DNA from: Azolla caroliniana
Lineage: Eukaryota > Plantae > Polypodiophyta
Direction of reading: 5' to 3'
DNA: 64,000 nt
Assembly: GCA_043228905.1 (NCBI GenBank)
Contig: JBHGNT010000009.1
Coordinates: 434,001 to 498,000, forward strand
Made by a program: the position numbers and the translations under genes. The notes below the pieces were generated by a model. That model was given only the letters and a program-made list of their open reading frames with translations, was not told the DNA's origin and made no database searches. Of the stretch, positions 25,401 through 38,800 are shown piece after piece (the stretch's first letter is position 1; each line of letters opens with the position of its first letter).

Positions 25401-26944
25401 TTTTGTCTCAGTATGCATTTTTGTATCCTAAATTTCTAAATGCCTTTATCTATAATGTCTCTTAATGTTTAAATAATGTAGTTCAGAGTGTTATGAATAT
25501 ACTCCATGTACCTGCATGTTTGTGCTGGTAGATTCCAATTTGCTGTAACTTCCTAAGAATTTAGACCTGACGTCTAATCATTTAGAGTTAGATGATAGCT
25601 TTAAAGGTATATTGAGACTGTTTTTCCTCATTCAAACAATGCATTTTACTATATTTGATAACTAAAGCAGATGTTATGGATACTCAATTGATTGGAGGAT
25701 TTGTTATGTGTGCTCTCAATCTCCTATGTATAAAAGTATCCTTCAAGATAAAGTTGATGGTGTAGACCTTTCAATTCATGCTGACTTTCCCAGAGTGCCA
25801 TGTTTTTCCTTGTCTATTTGTCTTCAGCTTAAAAGAGGTTGGAAAGTAGTTTTCTAATTACCATGTATGGTAGTGATACTTGTGCTTCTTGTCGTAAGAA
25901 TGATTTTGGCATGAACAATCAACACACTTGTCATTATTAAATGCATTTGATATTTTTGTATTTTTCATCATTGGATGCAGGCAATAAAATGATTATTGAG
26001 GAAACCAAACGCAGTATACATGATGCTCTCTGTGTTGCTCGAAATTTAATCCGCAATAACGCTATTGTATACGGAGGAGGTTCAGCTGAAATCTCGTGTT
26101 CTCTTGTCATTGATGCTGCAGCTGATAAGATTCCAGGAGTCGAGCAAGTATGTATTCTGATCTACTTCTTGTTTTGTGCAGACATCTTTTTTAGGTTAAA
26201 CCTTCAAGGACCTCTTTAGTTTTTTACACCTGAGTTTTCCAGTCCACAGATTTTGGATTATGTGATGCTTGATTACTCTACTGCTTTGTATAATTAAATT
26301 ACTTCAATTCTTATCAGAAAACTCACGTTTTATAAATCTAATTAGAAAACTCAGATCGTGTACTGATTGAGAATTAATAACCCCTTTTTGATAAGGTGTA
26401 ATTAGACTGTTAGTGGCATATTGGATGTGTTTACCTTGTAGAGTAACATTTTAATATTTTGGCAAGTTTTTGTCATGATGGGTTTGGGTTGATAATTTGA
26501 CCTTTTGCTTATATGTTTAGTTTTTTGCAACTGGTTTTAATGGCTTTTGTAATAAAATCCTTTGGGCTTTTGTAGTATGCAATGCGAGCTTTTGCAGAGG
26601 CACTGGATGCAGTTCCGATGGCACTTGCTGAAAATAGTGGCTTGCAACCCATTGATACTTTGGCCGCTGTAAAGGCACAGCAAGTCAAGGTAATTTATTA
26701 TTTTACTTGTAGCGATACTCTTGTCTTTTATATGAATTACATTTCAAACTTATTCTTGTTATAAAATGGACAGGACAAAAATCCTTACTTGGGCATTGAT
26801 TGCAACAACGTTGGGACCAATGATATGAAAGAACAGAATGTTTTTGAGACTTTGATAGGTAAACAGCAACAGATGCTGCTTGCCACGCAAGTCGTGAAAA
26901 TGATTTTGAAGATTGATGATGTAATCACACCATCAGGCTATTGA
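22427..26944 (+). CDS. CCT5: T-complex protein 1 subunit epsilon (chaperonin CCT5), 9 exons, 535 aa
   Basis: Exons 22427-22625, 23595-23913, 24004-24352, 24719-24851, 24994-25046, 25136-25238, 25981-26147, 26576-26689 and 26774-26944 (1608 nt, GT-AG). N-terminus [15 protein letters not shown]; motifs [67 protein letters not shown]. Confidence 0.97.
23125..23409 (-). pseudogene. Ty3/gypsy RT-RNase H junction fragment in CCT5 intron 1
   Basis: [79 protein letters not shown] matches the gypsy pattern WP.P.T..EV..FLG...YYR.FI..FS.IA.PLT.L.....F.W......AF..LK.AL...PVL. Confidence 0.8.
24400..24615. mobile_element. Mutator-like MITE in CCT5 intron 3
   Basis: Imperfect TIRs GGGAACAACTTTGAAATACCCCT / AGGGGTATTTAGAGTGTTTCACC; flanking duplication TAGGCTTTTACT (24388-24399) and TAAGCTTTTACT (24616-24627). 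Confidence 0.65.
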
Positions 26945-27029
26945 AATGTCAAATGCCATGCTCAAAATATGAAACAGTTTGTAATGTTGTTTGAGTATAT
27001 GAAGATCCTTGCCTTGTTGAGACAGACTA

Positions 27030-27530
27030 TTTTTTGAAAGAATTTGATAATTGGGAATTCTCTATTTTTGACTTATGTGCAATGTGATCATTATGTTTGT
27101 TGGAAGCCAATAAAGAGTTGGAGAAGGCAAGGAATGTTGAAACAGTTGTATTCTGTGAAAGAATTTGATAATTGGGAATTCTCTTGTTTTGACTTATGTG
27201 CAATGTGATCATTATGTTTGTTGGAAGCCAATAAAGAGTTGGAGATGGATGATTTGCAAAGGCAAGGAATGTTGAAACAGTTGTATTCTGTGAAAGAATT
27301 TGATAATTGGGAATTCTCTTGTTTTGACTTATGTGCAATGTGATCATTGTGTTTGTTGGAAGCCAATAAAGAGTTGGAGATGGATTATTTTCAAAGGCAA
27401 GTAATGTTGAAACAGTTGTATTCAGTGAATGAATTTGAAATTTGGGAATTCTCTTGTTTTGATTTGAGCCTAAAGGATTCAAGTCTTTTTGGGTGGTGAT
27501 CTTTATGTTTGTTGGAAGCTAATAAATATA
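27030..27530. repeat. ~120-134-bp tandem repeat (~3.5-4 copies) just downstream of the CCT5 stop
   Basis: GAAAGAATTTGATAATTGGGAATTCTC...GTTTGTTGGAAGCCAATAAAGAGTTGGAGA...GTTGAAACAGTTGTATTC recurs near 27036, 27157, 27292 and 27427. Confidence 0.9.
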
Positions 27531-28709
27531 TGATATATCGTACAGACCAACCTAAGGTCTTCATATTTACATGGTAATTCACTTGACGAATTTAACACGC
27601 ATACAAATTTAGGTCAGTCACTTTACACCTGTAACATTTTTCGTTTTTTAAATATATTTTAGCTGTTAATGCTACGGCAAATTCATTTTCTTTTACTGTA
27701 CTATAATTTCTGCAACACATTGGGTTTTTTATTATATATTCGATACATTAGCACTACATTATTGATTGTGTACCTTTTGCATGGATGGGTAATACTATCG
27801 TCATAATGATGAGGAAAAAGCAATTTGCTATAATGATGAAAAAACTAAATTGCGTTTCGATTTTGTACAGGAATACCAAATATTTTGTATGAGTTTGTAC
27901 AAATGAGTAGTAAGTAACAAGGCAAGTGCTACACCTAAATGTTGATTCTGCGTGAATAAAACAAGTGATTCAGTAAAGACGATTCAATCAGTAGCCAACA
28001 TTGCATCTTAAATTTAATTATAGATAGATTAAACTAAAAGTGATTAAACATGACTGAAAGGCTACTAGTAGCAGACGTCACAACTTAATATAGCATCTTA
28101 AAATTAATTTTGTATTTAGCTAACATTACAAACGATTTTGTAAACATATAATTGAGACCATGAACAAATTCAAAATCGCAGGTATGAAGAAACCAGTGGT
28201 AAAGAAATGGAAGTTCAGAATTAGATATGTGATTTAGAAAGGTGTCAGTCCTCCCTCCACAGCTTGTTTTATTTCTTTACATATAATTCAATAGCACATC
28301 CAGCAACCATCTTCGGATATTCCACCTGTTGAATCTGGTTTGTATCACAATGAATTGATTGAAAGAGACGGAGGAGGGGGTGAAATATGTTATCTAAACA
28401 ATGTATCTACATCTCATTTTGCCCAAAGGCTAGGCTAATACCAAATATAAGTAAGGTTGGTAAAATGAAAAGCATTTCGCAAGGGTCTAGGACGTGAGGT
28501 AAAAGAGAGAAAGCAAGCCCGACCAATGATGACCTAAAAGTTGCAAGAATGCAGAGCTCTGTTTTCTAGGGTTGGAAAAAAGAAAAAGAAAAAGATTAGG
28601 GCAAAGGAAGAGTAGTGATTATTAGGGATACATTTGTTTTTCTTTCTTTCTTCTTCATGAAAACCATGGATGGACAATATTACAAAAAAGGAAGAAAGAA
28701 GAAGCAGGA

Positions 28710-29414
28710 TTAAGGAGGCGGGGGAGAGAGGCAGGAGCCAGTGAGCTGGTGAACTAGCAAGTGATTGTTGAGGAAGAGGTGTGCGACATGGGGGCTGCCT
28801 TCATGGGCTGCGATGAGCAGCTGTTTGATCTTGGCCGCCACTCGCCGAGTGGAGCTCTTCAGCCTGGACCTCACCACAACCACAACCCCCAGCCCAAGCC
28901 GGCCATTACTCGAGCCCCCCATCTTACTCTCGATCTCCTCCTTCTCCTCCTCCTCCTCCTCCTCTCTCAGCAGTGTTGTCGCCGCCATCGCCATGGCTTC
29001 TTGCACCTCTTCCTGCTCCTCCGGCGCCACATGGCGCCGCCTCCACCTCGCCATATCCACCATCATCCACTCATCGCACTCGTACTCGTACTCTTCCCTT
29101 GCTCCTCCTCCTACATTCCCGCCAATGCCCCCGCCCTCCTCCTCCTCGTCTTCTTCTTCCTCTTCATGCAGTGTCTGTAAGCGCCCGTAGCTGAAGCTCG
29201 ACGCCGGCAGCAGCTTACAGGCTCCTGCACTGTCACCGTACGGATCAGAGGGAGAGGAATATGAAGTGGAGGAAGAGAAAGGCGAGATGGATGATGATGA
29301 AGAAGAAGAAGAAGAGTGGAAGACCATGGATCTGCCCCTTGTGTCCTGTACAGACATCCCTATACCACCTCCGAAGCAGCTGAGCAGAGAGGGGCCTTGC
29401 ATCAAGCTTTCCAT
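28710..29414 (-). CDS. Intronless plant protein of unknown function (234 aa; Ser-rich and Glu-rich tracts)
   Basis: GC-rich ORF standing out from AT-rich flanks. ATG at 29414 (MESLMQGPSLLSCFGGG) is preceded by a (GA)n/(GT)n leader; contains SFSYGRL and a basic C-terminal segment RSRLKSSTRRVAAKIKQLL...PHVAHLFLNNHLLV. Confidence 0.65.
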   Translation of the reverse strand: MESLMQGPSLLSCFGGGIGMSVQDTRGRSMVFHSSSSSSSSSISPFSSSTSYSSPSDPYGDSAGACKLLPASSFSYGRLQTLHEEEEEDEEEEGGGIGGNVGGGAREEYEYECDEWMMVDMARWRRRHVAPEEQEEVQEAMAMAATTLLREEEEEEEKEEIESKMGGSSNGRLGLGVVVVVRSRLKSSTRRVAAKIKQLLIAAHEGSPHVAHLFLNNHLLVHQLTGSCLSPPPP

Positions 29415-29847
29415 GGGAGCAGAACAAGCGAGAAACACAGACAGAAGACACACGCACGCACATAGACACACACACACACACTCTCTCTCTCTCTCTCTCT
29501 CTCTCTCTACCTCTCTCTCTCTAACTGAACGCTGTCCCTCTCTATTTTGTTTATATCTTTTTTTTCCCTCTCATTTCTTTTACTTTGTTTTGGTCATTCG
29601 TTATTATTGGTGCTGTTGTTTGTACTATTTACGTTTCTAGCCCCACTGTAGTTTCCTTTGGGGATTTGTGACTCCTCTGCAGATCTATGGATATATATAC
29701 ATACATACACATATGTCTCTAATACATTATACATACATATATTATTATATATATCTGTCACTATGTATATATATGGTCAGAGAGAGAGAGAGAAAGAAAG
29801 AAAGATATACATATTAACGTCTTCTAAGGCCAAAATTGGCCCATGAC

Positions 29848-29985
29848 ACACCAAAACACTATCTTGTAATAGAGTTTCTTTTTTGTTTCCTCACTCATCA
29901 AAGATACACCAAAACACTATCTTGTAATAGAGTTTCTTTTTTGTTTCCTCACTCATCAAAGATACACCAAAACACTATCTTGTAA
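29848..29985. repeat. 58-bp tandem repeat (2.4 copies)
   Basis: ACACCAAAACACTATCTTGTAA at 29848, 29906 and 29964. Confidence 0.9.
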
Positions 29986-30117
29986 GTTGTAATTGTTTAT
30001 GTAAGTGGGTGAAAATAGACGAAAACACATGCAACATTATTTACTAAGGAGGCCTTGGGTTCCTCAACCATAAAACCAAGCAAAAGACATGGACACAAGC
30101 ACGATACACATCCACCG

Positions 30118-30182
<65 letters not shown>

Positions 30183-32626
30183 CGTTCCTTCGAACTTCGC
30201 AACCCATCTCCTCGATCCTTTACGACATCTACAATGCTTCCCTTCCCCCCATTCCCTCTTTAATTTAACTGCCAAGTATCCGAAATGAATCTTGCTACAT
30301 GTGCAGTACCCTCAACATCCACACCAGCAACCCCTTGCTTTCTGCATGCCCTTTGCACGTAAACGACGCGTCATATGTTATGTCCTTTCACATGTGACCA
30401 TTGATGCCCTTTGCACCACAAGGATCTCATGATGAGGTTATTTGGTGTTACATAAAATAATTTAGGTTTTGTTTACCCATGCATCATAACGTAATGCAAG
30501 TTGACATTGTTGACAATGACAGGTGTCATACACCTTAGTGTGCCCATTACAATATGCAATATCACATGGCCTTTCTAGCTACAACTACGAAAATATGTTG
30601 ATGTTTGTCTTTTCATGTTCCTAGGCATCTATGAAAATTCTTTAGAAGAAATATATTCGGAGGAGAGGGAAAAATGTAAACATAAGCATCATATGCATGC
30701 TTGTTTCCTAGACAATTCATTGGGCACCAACGTGTTTTTCTTTGCTTTCATACAAAACATGATTATGGCATATGTTAATGTCCATAAATTTGATGCAACG
30801 TAATAGTGCGGCCTCGCATATATTATAAGAGTGTACATTTGACACCACACTGTTGAATTTTGAAAAGTTTACATGTATTTTATGATCCACGATCATTTTA
30901 TGTATAAACAATCGTGATCAATCAAAGACAAAATATGCACATGTTTCAAGTACATATCATAGACATGGGATAGATTATGGACATATGATCTTTCTTAAAC
31001 CAATAAGTTTGAAGTATCTATGTTTTTCGAGGCTAAAATATGGTTTGCATATCAAAGAAGCCTATGACAATTAGTAATTATGTTTACTTTTAGTACTAGA
31101 ATCAATTCACTTAGAGCATAACCTCTTGATTTCTTTATAATGTGTTGTAATAGATGACGACCAAAGAGTATGTGGTTGCCTAATTTAATGCAAGAAGTGG
31201 ACTAGTTAGTAAAGACCAATTGAAGCAAAAGTTTAAACTTTTGATAGTACAAGTTAGTCAACCTTAACTTCTAGACGTGGATTAACTAGTATTTCATGTT
31301 AGAAACCGGCGTGAAATATGTAAGAGTTATGGGGGGCTTGTATATATGAAACTTTCATTTTCAATATATGGCCCTTTCATGGAGTTCTACCGAAACGCAG
31401 AAATCTCATTACGTGTCAAGTGTTTTTATTATCGAGTGTCACAAATGAAGGACACTCAGCACTCAAGTAGTGTAGTTATTTTTCCATGTGGGAAATAGGA
31501 ATTTTCGAAAACGTGAACATCCATGCTATGCTTGCATGTTTGCACTCATTTTCTCCTTCTCACTCCTCTTCTAGTGTTTTCAAACATTTTTTATTGGTTC
31601 CTATACTTCCATCGTTGTAACCTCTCATAGAAATTCCTCCTTGTAATGATTTCCATCGTTGATTGACTTATTCATTCTCTCTCATATTTGCAAGAATAAA
31701 GGGTTCATAAATAGCCTGGCTTGGAGTAGTTCCACTTTTGTTAATGTCCTCGCGTCTATCATTATTTTCTCGTATGCTCTCATCTCTTTAATTAAACATG
31801 CATTGCATTAGTACAATGTTAAATTCATCCATACATTTAGACCCTATAAGTACTCATGTTCAACTATAATGTTTAATGGATATAAAGGCAAAGTTGATCG
31901 AAATTTTACCCTTGATTCCTTGAAACAAATGGTAGTAGTTTTTAATTACGACATACAACCATAAATATGTATAGAGATTGTACAATGGTAATGTATCTAA
32001 AAATGGCACACCTTTTCTCATTGATTTTAGTGTCGCATCTTGGTGCACAAAGTTTGATATTGTTTAGTAACACCATATTCATTTGATATATCAAACGCAT
32101 GTGCTATACTAGTGCTCTTATTTTAAATCGCACCTTCAACAATATCCTTTGCATGTGCCCCGGACATATAATGTGAAATTTTGCTATTTTGTTTTGATTT
32201 TATATGATTTCATAAAGCACCTATTTTATAATATCGCGTTGTCACCTAAAATATAATACGGGTACCATTAAGAAGGCTTATATTTTATTTGCTTCGAAAT
32301 TTGGGTCTTTTTTATGGTATTTATACTATCCCTAGGATATGCATAACCTTTTATTCACTTCTTTTTTTTCTAAAAATAAAACTCCTTCCATTAGTTATAA
32401 AATTTTACAAATGAGATGATTATGTACAAATCCCTGTAGAGACGCAATAGTTCCATCATATGCGGATGCCCACTGACTCAAGAAAGGGAGAGGACGACCA
32501 TTGTTAGATGAAGGCTATTCGTTGTCTTTCAACTCCATCAGAGCTGCCCTTGAAGCCATGATATTGGCTCTTTAGAGTGGTTACAATTTCACTCCATATC
32601 TCTTGCAGTAACATTGTTGGAGCAAG

Positions 32627-32681
<55 letters not shown>

Positions 32682-32683
<2 letters not shown>

Positions 32684-32832
32684 ATCATATTTATACCATC
32701 CCTAAGATATGCATAACCTTTTATTCACATTAGTAAATTAATCACACTTGATACACGCATTTGACATAAGACTTAGAGTAACACACTTAATAGTAACTTT
32801 GTAGCAAGAGATATATATTGATGGATTCATTG

Positions 32833-32869
<37 letters not shown>

Positions 32870-33015
32870 TTATCGTATTTATACCATCCCTAAGATATGC
32901 ATAACCCTTTATTCACATTAGTAAATTAATCACACTTTATACAAGCATTTGATATAAGACTTAGAGTAAAGCACTTAATAGTGACTTTGTATCAAGAGAT
33001 ATATATTGATGGATT
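32682..33015. repeat. ~190-bp tandem duplication separated by (CA)n
   Basis: TTATC.TATTTATACCATCCCTAAGATATGCATAACC at ~32682 and ~32870; a third partial copy near 32317. Confidence 0.8.
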
Positions 33016-33117
33016 AGTTGGTAAGGTTGCCCAATAAAGACTCGGTGGTCATGGGTTCAACCCCTACATTCCATAGTGACATCTAGTGAGATCAGAGATA
33101 TCCAAGAGAGAGAGAGA

Positions 33118-33315
33118 GATGTAGTTTAGTTGGTAAGGTTGCCCAATAAAGACTCGGTGGTCATGGGTTCAACCCCTACATTCCACAGTGACATGATCTA
33201 GTGAGATCAAAGATATCTATAAAGTAATCAAGAGGTGAGATAATTAGGTTTCAAACCCAAGATGGGGTTTTTTCTATCTCTAGGGTAAGCTAATTACCAT
33301 AAAGAGAGAGAGAGA
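33118..33315 (+). mobile_element. tRNA-derived SINE-like element with (GA)n tail (partial upstream copy at 33013-33118)
   Basis: A-box-like TAGTTTAGTTGG (33122) and B-box-like GGTTCAACCCC (33166); GATGTAG...CTACATTC stem; ends TAGGGTAAGCTAATTACCATAAA(GA)n; homologous copy on the minus strand at 62452-62758. Confidence 0.7.
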
Positions 33316-33613
33316 ACCTTGAAATGGTGAAAGTGAAGAAGAAGATGGGAGGGGCCAAAAAGTTCGTTAGGTTATAAACCTACATGTTTCTTTGTACCCC
33401 ATTATTGTGTTGTACATATTATGCATTCTCATCCAATGTCAATGCTCATGCTAACGATGTGTATCTAGTGAAACATACAATAAATGTTTAACATCTTACT
33501 GGGCACCCTCCCAATGAGTTCACACTCTTCAGTGCACTGTTTCATGTGTCACCCAATGATGTATCATGAGGTTATGGTTTGTGGTGGGGGAAAAAAATGG
33601 ACAGACGGTGAAG

Positions 33614-33838
33614 TGGAAAGGGGGTGTGGGGGCTCAAGGGATACCAAGTAGACTTTTTGGAAGTACAAGATCTTATCATGGGATGGGGTGGTGGTTGCAT
33701 GAGTTTGTGTTCAAAGGGTGGGTGGCTTGGAAAGTGGGTGTGGGGGCTCAAGGGATACCAAGTAGACTTTTTGGAAGTACAATATCTTATCATGGGATGG
33801 GGTGGTGGTTGCACGAGTTGTGTTCAAAGTGTGGGTGA
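33614..33838. repeat. 114-bp tandem duplication
   Basis: GGAAAG.GGGTGTGGGGGCTCAAGGGATACCAAGTAGACTTTTTGGAAGTACAA...GTGTTCAAAG occurs twice. Confidence 0.9.
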
Positions 33839-35810
33839 CCTCATCGCTTGTAATGCAACACATTGCTTCAATGATTTAATATAAATATGACCTAGGTTTA
33901 ACAACTTTTGACGCTATATTGTCGGAAACTAAGTCAAGTACCATCCGTTTTGCAATCTTTACATTTACCCTTTTAATATTTCTAAAACTTTGCCAGTTTT
34001 AGATATAGCAATATCCGAACGTAGTCCCTTCTTGTTCTTTGAAACATGTTTGTTTTTGCCACTATTGTGCCAATTCAAACTGTTAATTTGAAGCACGTAA
34101 ACATAAGGTTGCATTGAAACCTTGTGCTTGTGTTTGTGCGTGTAGGATGGGGAGGAGGGGGGTATGGATTTGGTATTTACTATGTGTCAGCATCTTGTTA
34201 ATGCATTGAGGGGAGTTCAACAACTTTGTTCTAGAGACCGGCCATTTGTGTCACACTCTAAAGTAGAATGATTAAACTTTGGTAATAATGTGTTGTTTTA
34301 CAAAAAAATGAGTTTGATGCAACATTATTGAGAAGGCCAAAGGTCTAATGGTGAGTTGGATGTTGGATTCAAGTAGGTCTAGAATAGAATGTGTTAATAA
34401 AGAGACCAAATTATTATGTAGAACTCTAGGACATGATCATGATGGGATTTTAACCCATGACTTTTGAGTTTGAAATTAGAAATGATAATCCAATATCCTA
34501 TGTTGTGCTTTGTTAGCCCTTGCATAAATTGAGATTTAAGTGGTGTTTGTTGCTCATATATACTTTACACCCACACACGATGAATAGGGCTCCATCCAAT
34601 AACTGCAATAAGTTGTTCAACCTCACCCAAAAGACTAAATAGTTTACAAATAAAGTAGACATTCTTTTCCTAATAAGCTTTTTCATCTTCATCTCGTTCA
34701 ACGAATCACACAGAGCGGTATTGACAAAAGTGCCAAAATCTAGAGATATTACATTGAGTGCATGCTCACCAACTTGCCAGAGAAGAATATTTGTTTCCTC
34801 TAGAGTTGTGGTGACTCTGCCTTATCATACCATACTCATCGTTAAAAGAATAATTGATTTAAGCATTAGTAGCGATTGCTCAACTGGTTCTAGCTCCCTT
34901 TGGATTTTAAGGAATGGAATATTACGAAACACTCTTTTTTTCCCCCAAAAATGAGGTATTTTCCCATTAGGTAGGAGAGATTATTACAAAAAGGCTATAC
35001 ATGGTGGCTTATATATATATATATATATATATGGGAATCAACCCTCGGCCGTGTTCCAAAATATGAGAAAGCAACTATGGCTACATACATATCCTCTCAT
35101 ATTTTCTACTTAATGTAAGTAGGTACCTGGAGCTATAAACATATTTTCACCACATTACGAAGCACTCTTCATTATTTCCAATTATATTTATAATTTTACT
35201 TTCCTTTTAGCCATTGGGTGGAATCACTATGGTGCTACTAGTGGTAATGCACCAGGCCAGTTTTCCCTCGAGCTATACATATTTTATCAGCGGCTTTGCA
35301 AAGTACGTGACTGATAAACCATTTCTCTGCTCAACGTAAAGCATCCATGTAGCATCGACATTCAAGTGTTGTGCCAAAATGAGGATATTCGACCATATTC
35401 GACCATGTTGGCCTACACATGGGGTGATAGTTTAAAGGCTATGCAAGACTTTGCAAATAATGTATAGGGAGGTGGTACGACCAATGTAGTACATACTTGA
35501 CTTTGAGTGGTAAGACTCTTATGTTCTATAGGCAAGCCCCCATCCCGGAAGAACGCATTTTGCTTCTCAAATTTGTGGGCGTCTTTAAACGTTGGTGAGT
35601 GAGAGACCAGGCTGAGCTCAGCAAGGCAATACATATATGTACATATTCTTCTTCTTTCCGGGAGACAACGAAAACGGTAATTCTGAAGGCAAATTAATTA
35701 CATAATTTTGGAAGAGAGACAAAGAAGAGTTCTCTTTCTCAAGGGCATTCTTCGTCTTCGTCTTCGTCTTCGTCTTCGTCTCCTTCTTCGCAGGCGTCAG
35801 TGGTCACACC

Positions 35811-38800
35811 ATGGGAGACTATGGCGATGCGTTCATGCGTAACAAGGACTCCTCTTTATCGTCTTCTTCCTCTCTAGGACGCAACACCAAGGTCCAGAAT
35901 CGAGCCACTGTTCAACAGCTCAAACTGGTAAAACTACTACTGCTCTATTTCTTTTCCTCCTCCTCCTCCTCCTCTTCTTCAATCCTTCTTTGCAACAAAG
36001 ATCTAGATCTAGATGCATAACTCCATACCTTTTTTCGTTTTCTTTCTTTCTGTGCAGAACGTGGACCTTGTTTTTCTTCTCAAACGTTGTTTATCCATTT
36101 TTCCTAGGATTGAAATCATCCAGTTTTTCTGAAAACATCGTTCTTTTCATTTTATAGTTACGGCTTAGCTGTGAATTTGTTGAATTTTTCATGATCATCA
36201 TGGTTTTTAGAATGATCACAAAAGGATCATCTTGCCTCTTTTCTTCACATTTACTATGCTTTTTACTGAGGTTTTATTGAATTTCTATGTTATATTTTTT
36301 CGTTCCTTACATATTGATCTCAAACACGACCATCTTGTTTGTTTTCTTTACATTTACTGTGCATTAGTTTATTGAGTCTTTATGAACTTTGTTATTTGCA
36401 TTTTATTACAGATTGGCCAGAGCCATCCGACCGGTTTAACTGCGAATTTGTTGAAGCTTTTTGAAGCAAGACCGCCACTTGAATTTAGAATTCCTACAGA
36501 AAAGAGAAAATGTCCACCTTACACAGGTTTTTCTATCTATATATGTTCGTAAATGTCTGATCATGGTGTATATTTTTGTCTAATTCGTTAACTTTGAGAA
36601 TTATAAGAAAGAAATAATGACTCATTTGAGAAGGATTTGTTTCTTTACTAATTAGCTGAGTTTCATTTTTAAGCTGGAAAATACCTGGATTTTAGCTGAA
36701 AGTTCATGTGATTCTGCTGGATTTTGCTCCCTCTATAAAATATCTAGATCTAGAACATTCATTCTCTTCAAAAATTGTAAGAAATGAGTGATCACAGTGT
36801 TAAATGCCAGAATTTTCTTTAGAAATTGGCTGAGAACATTTTCATGCACACAATAGTAGGAAACTATGATCATATCCTTCAAATGTTCAGGAGCATAGTA
36901 GAAAGTCCATATATACTTCTGTCCAATTTTGTTCCATTCAGAAATAAATATTTCTCACCAGGAAGTTCTAAAATTCAACTGGAGTTTTAATGAATTTACA
37001 ATTTTTTTTTTGATAAGACCAAAACTTTTACTGGTTCTTTTCTTTTGTATAGGTATAGGACAGTTTGTTAACCGGTTTGCAGAGCCTGGTGATCCAGAGT
37101 ATTCTCCGCCAGTTACAAAGGGAGAGACCACAGTAATTAAATTGAAATTGCTCATGAACTTTAGGACCCTTAACACTGATTTAGTGTTTGTCTCTTCATA
37201 AACTATGCATGAAAAATGCACATTATGTTTGTAGACTATATAATCATAATCGTCAATGGCATAGGCACAGCGAAAAGCTCGCATTCATGCTCTTCGAATG
37301 GTGAAGGGAACTGAAAAAGCTGCAGAAGACTTAGAGAAATGTAGGGTAATTTGAATAATGCATACTCGTTATCCTCCATTTCACCTTCAATCATAAGCCT
37401 AATTTGAAGAAGCAACAAAACTTGATTTAACTCAAACTAAATTATATCAATTTTCTTTTCAGATGATCCTCATCATGATCCTGCAATTGAAGGTGACCCC
37501 TACAAAATGCTATTTGTGGCTAGACTTGTGAGTATACTTTAAGTATGATTCAATATATGTTAGTTTCATATTGATGCATTGTTGTAAAAGGTGGTGGATC
37601 AATTCACCGGTCTCCTTGCCTTTTAGAAATTAAAGCAATTGAATCCTCATATTTTGAAGGAAAAATTCTTTACATTGTATCATGGTGCAGAGCTATGAGA
37701 CGACGGAACAGAAAATCAAAAGGGAATTTGAGGCATATGGACCAATCAAAAGGGTAAATAATGTGTTTTGGTTCTTCAGATGCAACCATGTTAGGATTGC
37801 ATCAAATGCGTCTATTTTGTATACTGTTCACATAACTCCTTATTCAATTGTTTACTTCAGCTTCATTTTGTCATTTATTTGTGGCATCATGAAGGTGAAT
37901 CTATGTAATAAATTAGAGAAAGGTAGACTGATTTATGCTTTCTATTCCAATTTCTATCAGCATATGCCTTAGTGTACTGGTTACTTTGGCTGCACTTTGT
38001 CTTTATTTGAGTGTTAAATTTGTACATAGTTGTTTATTTATGCTTTCTATTCCAATTTCTACCAGCATATGCCTTAATGTACTGGTTACTTTGGCTGCGC
38101 TTTGTCTTCATTTGATTGTTCAATTTGTACATAGTTGTTTATTTGCGGCATCATGTAGGTGAACCTATGTAATAAATTAGAGAAAGGTTAATGTTTATTC
38201 GGTCTATTGCAATTTCTACCTGCATGTGCCTTGGGTTAAATCCACCTGCACTTTTATGTCATTAGAATCCTCAAATCATATGGTGAAATTTGATAAGTCC
38301 AAACATTCTTGTTTTCTCGAGATCCTTGTGATTAGTGTTTCTCACTTATATTCGCAGATCAACTATCTTATCATTTCTAGTTTTGTTCTATGGTTTTCTT
38401 CCATCAGGATTTCACATTTTTCGTTATGCTCTTGTGAGCAATCCAACAGCAGATTGCCCCAAGTTGCGTATCACAAGACCATGCTGTCATCCCGGAGAAC
38501 TATGCGTAACCATTTAAAATCACACTAGGAGTTAATTTGATGAATCCTCAGTCAGGAATTCCTTGCTAAGGAATTTACACTAAAAAAGTTTCCTGAATAT
38601 TTGGTATTACTGATGAGCCAAACTGCTGTTACAACCATCCACTGATGCACAGTTGAATTAATCCCAAAAAGTAAGTGGCACAAGTTGCACTCAGAAAAGA
38701 ACTACTAACACCAGGTAACCCTGCGAATTACAATGTAGGATAGTTGTGGTCTTTACATTGGCAGAACTTCTGTGACGCATTAAAATTTAGTAGACTTCTT

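Noticed and set aside
27027-27482. 151-aa repeat protein on the minus strand
   Set aside because: It arises from the tandem array in the CCT5 3' region; there is no ATG start or other gene signal.
28761-29640. Plus-strand ORFs of 124-141 aa
   Set aside because: Shadow frames of the GC-rich low-complexity minus-strand gene and adjacent microsatellites.
33118-33185. Functional tRNA gene
   Set aside because: A/B boxes are present, but there is no convincing anticodon arm or poly-T terminator, and the conserved downstream body and tail indicate a SINE.
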